From PVC group bacterium (GTDB lineage: Bacteria; GCA-001730085; JADFSZ01), in contig JADFSZ010000019.1 in NCBI GenBank assembly GCA_022560555.1, positions 1 to 14,703 on the forward strand: 14,703 nucleotides of DNA, in the 5' to 3' direction. Each line of letters starts with the position of its first letter. The first letter of the stretch is position 1. Below are positions 8,040 to 14,703 of this stretch, one piece after another. The notes below the pieces were generated by a model. The model saw nothing but the letters and a program-made list of their open reading frames with translations. It made no database searches and was not told the DNA's origin. The position numbers were made by a program, and so were the translations under genes.

Positions 8040-9152
8040 ATGATTTCAAAGCCAAGTCAATCTTCTCCCGATGTGATCATTCTCGGCGCGGGTATCATCG
8101 GTTGCAGTATCGCACGGGAACTTGCAAAGCAAGGAGCCCTTGTTCGGATTTATGAGCGTCATTCGGAGGTCGCCGCGGAAGTGACCGGGGCTTCCATTGG
8201 GGTTTTGTCTTACAGCCCAAGCCTAAATCGGCCTAAAGCCTGGCATAAACTGGCAAGCTCATCCATCCAACAGCACCGAGCTCTCATGCAAGAATTTTCC
8301 CGGGAAACCGATACGGGTCCCATGTGGCATTGGATTGGCAGACTCAATGTGAGCTTGAATGAAAAAAGCACAAAAAAGCTGGAAAAGAGATTTCAGGTCG
8401 AAAAGGAAAATAATTTTGCTTCCGAGTGGATGGACCCAAAGGCCCTCAAAGAACACGGACACGCCTTAACGCATAAAATCCAAGGAGGTATTTTTTATAG
8501 CGATCACGGATGGGTAGATCCAAAAAACCTGACGATAGCGATAGAACAATCGGCCGCAAAACACGGGGCCAGGTTTTTTTATCAGCAATGTGTGGAAAAG
8601 ATTTTAGTAGAGCGGCACACGGCCGTAGGCATACGCGTCGGAAAAGAAAAGATTACCGCCGGGCATGTGGTTATTGCCGCGGGAGCCTGGAGTGCCGGAC
8701 TTGATCCCGAGCTTGAGTGCGGGGTGGCTCCTATCAAAGGACAAGCGATACACATTCACGAACACAAGGAGCAGCTACAACACATTGTCTTTGGAAACGG
8801 GGTCTATCTTGTACCCTGCCGGGGAGGCCTCACGGTGGGTGCGACACATGAGCACGTCGGATTTAATAATGATGTTACTTTGAAAGCCACAACACATTTA
8901 CTCAATCGTGCGAAAGAACTTTGCCCTCAGCTTGCCTCTGTCGAGGCGAAGGATGTGAGTGCTTGGTCGGGACTACGGCCGGGGACGCAAAATCGTGTTC
9001 CATGGATAGGCCCTTCCGGGAAGATAAAACATCTTTGGTGGGCAACGGGACATTATACGCATGGGATTTTGCTGGCTCCCATAACGGCGAAAATTATTTC
9101 AGATGGGATTGTTTTTCGAAAGGAAACGGATCTTTATACGACACTGTCTTAA
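8040..9152 (+). CDS. FAD-dependent oxidoreductase of the DAO family, glycine oxidase (ThiO)-like, 370 aa
   Basis: Has the dinucleotide-binding DVIILGAGIIGCSIARELAKQG...ER and ThiO-like blocks (VVIAAGAWS, PIKGQ, YLVPCRGGLTVGAT, WSGLRPGT..RVPWIG, ATGHYTHGILLAPITA). The start could be TTG 8031 or ATG 8040; neither has a clear RBS. Confidence 0.85.
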   Translation: MISKPSQSSPDVIILGAGIIGCSIARELAKQGALVRIYERHSEVAAEVTGASIGVLSYSPSLNRPKAWHKLASSSIQQHRALMQEFSRETDTGPMWHWIGRLNVSLNEKSTKKLEKRFQVEKENNFASEWMDPKALKEHGHALTHKIQGGIFYSDHGWVDPKNLTIAIEQSAAKHGARFFYQQCVEKILVERHTAVGIRVGKEKITAGHVVIAAGAWSAGLDPELECGVAPIKGQAIHIHEHKEQLQHIVFGNGVYLVPCRGGLTVGATHEHVGFNNDVTLKATTHLLNRAKELCPQLASVEAKDVSAWSGLRPGTQNRVPWIGPSGKIKHLWWATGHYTHGILLAPITAKIISDGIVFRKETDLYTTLS

Positions 9153-9160
9153 GGAAACAT

Positions 9161-9189
9161 TTGATATTTTTAAAATTATTTAATATAAT
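9161..9189 (+). promoter_or_regulatory. Near-consensus sigma70-type promoter upstream of the DUF2203-like gene
   Basis: TTGATA (9161-9166), a 17-nt spacer, then TATAAT (9184-9189). GGAGAGG follows at 9204-9210 and the ATG at 9223. This is a motif match only, in an AT-rich spacer. Confidence 0.45.
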
Positions 9190-9222
9190 TAGGGTACAAT
9201 ATTGGAGAGGTATACTCATAAT

Positions 9223-9594
9223 ATGACAATGAAAAATTTTACACCAGCCGAAGCCAATAACACTCTGCCTCTTGTTAAAGAGATCGTAAAAGATATTTTG
9301 AACAAGGCGAAAGAATGCCGCATTTCTCCCGACTCATGTCGGGACGTTCAAGAGGAAATTCTCTCGCTGATCAAAGAACTGGAAGACATCGGCTGCACCT
9401 ATAAAGATTGGAATTTTGATGTTGGTCTTGTGGACTTTCCCTCCTCCGATCTTAACGGCAAGGACATTTTGCTCTGCTGGCGCAGTGATGAAGAGATTGT
9501 TAGCTGGTATCATGGCCTCGAAAATGGATATTCCGGCCGAAAACCTATTCCAAGCGAATGGCTTGAAGAATTGTCCTCCCAGAAAAAAAACTAA
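9223..9594 (+). CDS. DUF2203-like small protein, 123 aa, function unknown
   Basis: [20 protein letters not shown] ... [18 protein letters not shown]...[32 protein letters not shown] resembles my recollection of the DUF2203 pattern (FTleEAn.lLP ... GLVDFP ... LCW..gE..I.yWH....GfaGR.Pi). The start could be 9223, 9229 or the TTG at 9202. Confidence 0.65.
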   Translation: MTMKNFTPAEANNTLPLVKEIVKDILNKAKECRISPDSCRDVQEEILSLIKELEDIGCTYKDWNFDVGLVDFPSSDLNGKDILLCWRSDEEIVSWYHGLENGYSGRKPIPSEWLEELSSQKKN

Positions 9595-11486
9595 ACCACA
9601 CTTTTTTGTTCATTTTTTAGATAAATGTAAAGCACCGAGATGTCGGCCGGAGTAACTCCGGATATGCGGCTGGCTTGGCCGATGGAGCGAGGTTGGATGC
9701 GTGTCAGTTTTTCTTTAGCTTCACGGCAGAGGGATGTCATGGCGGAATAGTCAAAATCTTCCGGAATGATAATGGATTCGATATTTTTCAGCTTAGTCAC
9801 AAAAGCCTGCTCACGGTGAAGATACCCTTCATATTTAATTTCTGCCTCCAGTTGATCCAAGAGATATTCCCTTTTAGTTAGCTGCTGAACATACTCAAAC
9901 TGATGGGGCTCAATGTAAGGCATAAGCTGACTCAATTTAATTTGAGGCCTTCGGCAAAGTTTCGCGACGCTTTCGGATGAATCAATCGGGCTGATTTTCA
10001 GACGATTCAAAAAAGGATTGATCTTTGCGGATGAAATAAAAACCTTTTTTAACAATTGAAAACTGTCCTTCAAAATTTGTTCTCGTTCTTTCATATTGTC
10101 TAGGGTCTCCTGGTCGATGAGACCCAGCTGGTGCCCATGAGGCATGAGACGCCGGTCCGCGTTATCTTGCCTGAGAAGGATGCGGTGTTCCGCGCGGGAC
10201 GTAAACATACGATAAGGTTCATCCGTTGATTTGTTGATGAGATCATCAATCAGGACTCCGATATACGCTTCATTCCGTTTTATCAAAAAAGGATTTCTCT
10301 TCTGGACTTGGCACGCGGCATTGATACCGGCCACAAGCCCTTGAGCGGCCGCTTCCTCATATCCGGATGTGCCATTAATTTGCCCGGCTAAATAGAGGCC
10401 ATCAACCGCTTTTGTTTCGAGTGTGTATTTGATTTGGTATGGCGGAAAAAAATCATATTCAACGGCATAACCGGGCCGTACAATTTCGGCATCTTCAAGA
10501 CCGCGAATAGTATGAATGGCCTCGATTTGTATCGTGGCTGGTAAAGAGGATGAAAATCCGTTCAGATAAATCAAATCCGTTTGCAGCCCTTCGGGCTCAA
10601 GAAAAAGCTGGTGCCGCTCTCTATCTTGAAAGCGCACAATCTTGTCTTCAATCGATGGACAATACCGGGGGCCAATGCCTTTGATTCTGCCTGTGAACAT
10701 GGGAGATTCCCCAAAGCCAGTCTTTAATATGTCATGCGTTTTAGGATTTGTATATGTGATGTGACAGGCGATTTGAGGCTGATACGGAAATTCCTGCAAG
10801 GGGGTTTGAAACGAAAAAGGGGAAGGCCTTTCGTCTCCGGGTTGTGCTTCAAGCTGGCTCCAATGAATGGTATCTTTTTTGAGACGGGCCGGGGTTCCTG
10901 TTTTTAAACGCCCGGTTACAAGACCCTGCTTTCTGAGGGATTCCGACAATCCTGTGGCCGGTTTTTCCCCCACACGTCCTCCGGGTTGAGAGTTCAATCC
11001 TGTGAACATGACGGCGTTCAAAAATGTTCCGGACGCGATGATGAGGGCTTGACAATATATTTCATCTCCGTCGGATGTTTTCACGCCGATCATTTTTTTG
11101 TTTTCGATGAGGGCTTCAATAACTGAGATGGTAAGGACGGTAATGTTCGGAGTTGAGCCGACGAGATTTTGGGCCTCCGTTTGATAAAGATCCCGATCTG
11201 ACTGGCAGCGCGGAGACCAAACGGCAGGTCCTTTCGAGGTGTTAAGCATGCGAAACTGAATCCCTGTTTTATCCGCAAGCCGGCCCATGACACCGCCGAG
11301 AGCGTCAATCTCTCTGACCAAATGTCCCTTCGCTGTACCCCCGATCGCGGGATTACAGCTCATACGCCCGATAGCGTTAGGGTCCATCGTGGCTAAACCC
11401 ACCTCGCATCCCATGCGTGCCGCGGCACACGCGGCTTCAATCCCGGCATGTCCGCCGCCGATTACAATAATATCAAAACGTTTCAT
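9591..11486 (-). CDS. mnmG: tRNA uridine 5-carboxymethylaminomethyl modification enzyme, FAD-binding subunit, 631 aa
   Basis: [42 protein letters not shown] and the C-terminal GidA-associated region all match, and the length is typical of MnmG/GidA. Confidence 0.97.
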   Translation of the reverse strand: MKRFDIIVIGGGHAGIEAACAAARMGCEVGLATMDPNAIGRMSCNPAIGGTAKGHLVREIDALGGVMGRLADKTGIQFRMLNTSKGPAVWSPRCQSDRDLYQTEAQNLVGSTPNITVLTISVIEALIENKKMIGVKTSDGDEIYCQALIIASGTFLNAVMFTGLNSQPGGRVGEKPATGLSESLRKQGLVTGRLKTGTPARLKKDTIHWSQLEAQPGDERPSPFSFQTPLQEFPYQPQIACHITYTNPKTHDILKTGFGESPMFTGRIKGIGPRYCPSIEDKIVRFQDRERHQLFLEPEGLQTDLIYLNGFSSSLPATIQIEAIHTIRGLEDAEIVRPGYAVEYDFFPPYQIKYTLETKAVDGLYLAGQINGTSGYEEAAAQGLVAGINAACQVQKRNPFLIKRNEAYIGVLIDDLINKSTDEPYRMFTSRAEHRILLRQDNADRRLMPHGHQLGLIDQETLDNMKEREQILKDSFQLLKKVFISSAKINPFLNRLKISPIDSSESVAKLCRRPQIKLSQLMPYIEPHQFEYVQQLTKREYLLDQLEAEIKYEGYLHREQAFVTKLKNIESIIIPEDFDYSAMTSLCREAKEKLTRIQPRSIGQASRISGVTPADISVLYIYLKNEQKSVV

Positions 11487-11548
11487 GTTGTTCTTTTCGT
11501 CATTTGGATTTCGGGCTTTGGAATTCCAGGAATTTTTTAAGTTCCGGG

Positions 11549-12907
11549 TTATTTCCCGATGCAGAATTTTGAAAAAATGTTATTTAACACATCATCCGTT
11601 GTTACGATACCAATAATCTCATCCAACTCTTGAATGGCCTCGCGTAAATCCATAGCGATAAATTCCTGGCTTAATTGTTCCTCGAGAGATTGGCGCGCTC
11701 GCTCGAGACATGTTTTTGATTTTTCAAGAGCGTGAAAATGCCGAATATTGGTGACCACAATGCTTTTTTCTGTGTAGGGATGTATCGAGATAGCCCGTGA
11801 TTTCAATATTTCTAACAATTCATTCATCCCGTCTCCTGTGAGAGCAGAAACGTCGATGTCCCGCGCAGAATCACACTCCAGCTTGAGGTCGACTTTGTTC
11901 ATGACACGAATCATTCGGATTTCATCGGTTAAATCTTGAACATGATGATAAAGTTCTTCGGAAAAACCCGACTGAGCGTCAAAAAGAAACAAAACAAGAT
12001 CCGCGTCCCGAATCGCTTGATTACTGCGGGTGATCCCTTCTTCTTCGATCAAGTCTTGAGCTTGTCTGATACCGGCAGTATCAGACAGATGAAAAAGAAG
12101 CCCTCCATATTGCAGTTCTTCTTGAATAGTATCCCGTGTTGTCCCGGGGATATCGCTCACAATAGCGCGGTTTTCTTTAAGAAAATAATTCAGAAGTGAT
12201 GATTTTCCGGTATTGGGCAGGCCAACAAGCGCAACATGAATACCTTCTTTCATGACGCGTCCGAAAGCATAACTGTCACACATGGTTCGAATCTCATCCA
12301 GGATACCTGAGATTTTCACATCCATTTCTTTGGGACTTGTAAAAGAGATGTCTTCTTCAACGAAATCCAACTCAAGCTCTAAAAGAGAAGCCATGTGAAT
12401 CAAAGCTTCCCGAAAAGAGTTGACTCTCTTGGAAAGAAATCCGTTCAATTGATTTCGGGCGCCCTTAAGGGAAGCCTCGGTGCGTGATGTGATGATGTCT
12501 TGCACCGCCTCGGCCTGTGTGAGATCCATACGGCCGTTAAGATAAGCTCTCTTTGTGAATTCTCCGGGCTCGGCCAAACGCGTGCCGTTCTTTACTAATT
12601 TTGAAAGAATCTTTTGAGTGATAAGGGGATTACCGTGGGTTGTTATTTCAACGGAATTTTCTCCGGTGAAAGAATGCGGGCGATGAAAAACAGACACCAT
12701 GACATCATCAATCAGGGATTGGTTGTCTTCAAAAATTTTTCCATAGTGAATCGTGTGTGTAGGAGATTTTTTAAGAGATGTTTTTCCGGAAAAGATATTG
12801 TCTACGCATTCAATGGCCCTGTTGCCGCTCACACGGATGATAGCCAAGGCCCCTACACCTCCCGGTGTGGCGATCGCAGCTATAGTGTCTTCAAGAGAAA
12901 TTTTCAT
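11549..12907 (-). CDS. mnmE: tRNA modification GTPase, 452 aa
   Basis: The N-terminal [22 protein letters not shown] matches. G-domain motifs are present: [12 protein letters not shown] (G1), GTTRD (G2), DTAGIR (G3) and NKVD (G4). The protein ends with the hallmark CIGK tetrapeptide. It lies upstream of mnmG in the same orientation. Confidence 0.97.
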   Translation of the reverse strand: MKISLEDTIAAIATPGGVGALAIIRVSGNRAIECVDNIFSGKTSLKKSPTHTIHYGKIFEDNQSLIDDVMVSVFHRPHSFTGENSVEITTHGNPLITQKILSKLVKNGTRLAEPGEFTKRAYLNGRMDLTQAEAVQDIITSRTEASLKGARNQLNGFLSKRVNSFREALIHMASLLELELDFVEEDISFTSPKEMDVKISGILDEIRTMCDSYAFGRVMKEGIHVALVGLPNTGKSSLLNYFLKENRAIVSDIPGTTRDTIQEELQYGGLLFHLSDTAGIRQAQDLIEEEGITRSNQAIRDADLVLFLFDAQSGFSEELYHHVQDLTDEIRMIRVMNKVDLKLECDSARDIDVSALTGDGMNELLEILKSRAISIHPYTEKSIVVTNIRHFHALEKSKTCLERARQSLEEQLSQEFIAMDLREAIQELDEIIGIVTTDDVLNNIFSKFCIGK

Positions 12908-12939
12908 TGAAAATCTGTTTCATGAGTGATCCCGCAGGA

Positions 12940-13368
12940 TTATTTGGCTTTTTTAGATGAACATTTGCATCCGTGGCAGGATTTGATTTCTTCTGTTTTT
13001 AAAGCGAGATTAATAAGACCCTCAATCGTTGTCGTGCCTGATGTTTCATATTTCACGTTCTCAATGGCGAACACATCCGACTTTTTTCCGCGTCCCATCC
13101 CCAGAAAAACCCCAAGACACACCTGAATCGAATAGAGGTGTTTACAGAGCAAAAATTCCGAGATGGGATCTAGTTGATCCAGATCGGGGACATAGTCCTC
13201 AACAACCGCATTCATCAATTCCTGAACCGGTTTTCCTTTGATATACGGCAAAAGCTCCCGGCCGCCCACGCTTTTACCGCACGACTTCTTCGTCAGAATA
13301 AAGTCTTGAAGCATTTCATCTGAATCAAGTGTAAGCTCAATAATTTCAGTAACATCAGAACACGGCAT
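12940..13368 (-). CDS. Hypothetical Cys-containing protein, 142 aa, with weak IscU/NifU-N-like resemblance
   Basis: GGGAG lies about 7 nt upstream of the ATG, and an in-frame stop 10 codons upstream rules out a longer form. Three Cys (C3, C30, C75) and KGKPVQE align by eye with the IscU pattern PACGD...GCG...KGKSLDEA...HC. The canonical ~35-aa N-terminus is absent, and a C-terminal extension ends in CHGCKC. The function call is tentative. Confidence 0.5.
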   Translation of the reverse strand: MPCSDVTEIIELTLDSDEMLQDFILTKKSCGKSVGGRELLPYIKGKPVQELMNAVVEDYVPDLDQLDPISEFLLCKHLYSIQVCLGVFLGMGRGKKSDVFAIENVKYETSGTTTIEGLINLALKTEEIKSCHGCKCSSKKAK

Positions 13369-13479
13369 GTCAAGCTCCCATGTGTGTGAATATGGTTAAC
13401 AAATCAAAAGATACGTACCATATAGTGTATCATATGAGCAGGGTAGAGACAAGGGCGGACCCTTAGTCAATAAAGGAAA

Positions 13480-14478
13480 TCAGTCTAAAGGGCTTTTAAC
13501 GCCGTGCCCGCCTTTATTTAAAACATGTGTATAGATCATCGTTGTCGAGACATCACTATGCCCCAACAGTTCTTGAACCGTGCGGATATCATATCCGTTT
13601 TCCAGTAAATGTGTTGCGAATGAATGACGAAAAGTGTGACAGCTACCGGGTTTAATAATGCCGGCATCTTTAATGGCTTGCTTGACTGTTTTATGCAACG
13701 ACGCTTCTGAAAAGTGATGTCGACGGACAATATCGGTTCGAGGATCAATTGAGCGGTTTTTTGCGGGGAAAACATATTGCCATCCTAATTCCTTATCCGC
13801 ATGCGGATATTTCCGAGATAAAGCATGGGGAATATAAACTGAGCCATATCCTTGTTTAAGGTCGTTATTGTGCAGTTCTTTGACGTTCAAGAGATGTTTT
13901 TTTAATGGGTTGATAACAGTTTCCGGCAGGATGGTAACACGGTCTTTATTACCTTTCCCGTTCCGGACCGTGATTTGCTTGTAATCGAAATCAATATCTT
14001 TTACACGTAGTCTCAGACAATCCATTAGCCGAAGACCTGCGCCATATAATAGGCTCACCATAATCCATTTTTCATCGCGAAGCTTAGAAAGGATCTTTTG
14101 AGCTTCTATCTTAGAAAATACTATTGGTAGTCGTTTAGGACGCTTTGCCTTTTCAATATTTGTAAACATCCCTAGATCTTTTTTTATAACATTTTTATAA
14201 AGAAACACAATGGCAGAGAGCGCCTGGTTTTGGGTTGATGCAGATACCTTGTTTTTTGTCGCGAGACTGCTAAGGAAAGACGAAACTTCACTTTCGCCCA
14301 TATCTCTTGGGTGGCGCTTATTATGAAATAAAATATATCGTTTTATCCAGCCGGTATAAGCTTCTTCGGTACGGATGCTGAAATGTTTTGTGCGGATAAC
14401 TTGCGTAACCATGTCTAAGAGTTTTGGCTTGTGAGCGTTAGTGGGATTTGGTACAATAAATGGAACTTGAGTATTCAT
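13480..14478 (-). CDS. intI: Integron integrase (IntI-type tyrosine recombinase), 332 aa
   Basis: The N-terminal core-binding region matches ([37 protein letters not shown]). Catalytic residues are present: R in [15 protein letters not shown]-x-x-R in [12 protein letters not shown], and Y in TTMIYTHV. The IntI-specific insertion [37 protein letters not shown] is also present. GGAG lies 8 nt upstream of ATG 14478. Confidence 0.9.
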   Translation of the reverse strand: MNTQVPFIVPNPTNAHKPKLLDMVTQVIRTKHFSIRTEEAYTGWIKRYILFHNKRHPRDMGESEVSSFLSSLATKNKVSASTQNQALSAIVFLYKNVIKKDLGMFTNIEKAKRPKRLPIVFSKIEAQKILSKLRDEKWIMVSLLYGAGLRLMDCLRLRVKDIDFDYKQITVRNGKGNKDRVTILPETVINPLKKHLLNVKELHNNDLKQGYGSVYIPHALSRKYPHADKELGWQYVFPAKNRSIDPRTDIVRRHHFSEASLHKTVKQAIKDAGIIKPGSCHTFRHSFATHLLENGYDIRTVQELLGHSDVSTTMIYTHVLNKGGHGVKSPLD

Positions 14479-14630
14479 ATCTATTTCTCCAGTATCGGAT
14501 AGTTACAGAAAACCTATATTTTTAGTACTGGTTGTGAAAATCAGAATATACATAACTCTAACAAATTAAGATAATAAGTCAATAATTATTTTAAATCTGG
14601 TCCTAAATAGAAATTTAATTATATATTTTA

Positions 14631-14652
14631 GTACAACTAATCATTGTTAGAC
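14631..14652 (+). other. Candidate attI simple site (L box GTACAAC, 8-nt spacer, R box GTTAGAC)
   Basis: GTTAGAC at 14646-14652 is the only GTTRRRY match I found between intI and the window end. It lies 168 nt upstream of the divergent intI start. GTACAAC at 14631-14637 matches the reverse complement of the R box (GTCTAAC) at 5 of 7 positions. A single 7-mer of this degeneracy could occur by chance in 225 nt. Confidence 0.35.
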
Positions 14653-14703
14653 GCCTTTTGGGAAATAGGGGAAAAGCAAAACTGAAATACACCGCGTAGG
14701 TGT

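Larger units (their letters stand above)
13480..14703. mobile_element. Integron platform (intI, intergenic promoter region and candidate attI), truncated by the right window edge
   Basis: Combines the intI call with the AT-rich 225-nt upstream region holding the candidate attI. By eye, intI and its upstream region look more AT-rich than the neighbouring mnmE/mnmG genes; this was not computed. Confidence 0.6.

Noticed and set aside
12891-12923. A 10-codon upstream ORF ([10 protein letters not shown]) overlapping the mnmE start out of frame
   Set aside because: It is very short, has no RBS and nothing marks it as a leader peptide. Chance occurrence is likely in AT-rich sequence.
12908-13479. 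The 142-aa ORF as an integron cassette, with the array downstream of intI as in inverted-orientation integrons
   Set aside because: I found no GTTRRRY/RYYYAAC-bounded attC-like palindrome in the 111-nt spacer after intI. The 32-nt spacer before mnmE holds only a 4-bp ATCC/GGAT hairpin and is too short for an attC. The GTTRRRY core is on the other side of intI.

Overview
The window is mostly housekeeping genes from a moderately AT-rich bacterial chromosome; the organism cannot be assigned from sequence alone. It ends in an integron integrase.

Gene order, left to right:
- 3' part of gyrA (+)
- an orphan prepilin-type pseudopilin (+)
- a large Wzy_C/O-antigen-ligase-like membrane protein with a C-terminal TPR domain (-)
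- dcd (+)
- aroC (-)
- mnmA (-) and miaB (-)
- a ThiO-like FAD oxidoreductase (+)
- a DUF2203-like small protein (+)
- mnmG (-) and mnmE (-)
- an unassigned 142-aa Cys-containing ORF (-)
- an IntI-type integron integrase (-)

The integrase is followed by an AT-rich region containing one GTTRRRY core, a candidate attI. The window stops 51 nt after that core, so any cassette array lies beyond the right edge.

Non-coding structure the genes do not explain:
- a 70-bp tandem duplication in the divergent promoter region upstream of dcd
- an array of CACAAG-type motifs forming a 23-bp imperfect inverted repeat around about 110 bp between mnmA and aroC

Four tRNA anticodon-loop modification genes (mnmA, miaB, mnmG, mnmE) lie within about 7.5 kb and bracket the FAD oxidoreductase. 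No tRNA, rRNA or CRISPR array was seen, and no complete novel multi-gene system can be demonstrated from this window alone. All family assignments rest on motifs read by eye from the translations; no searches were run.
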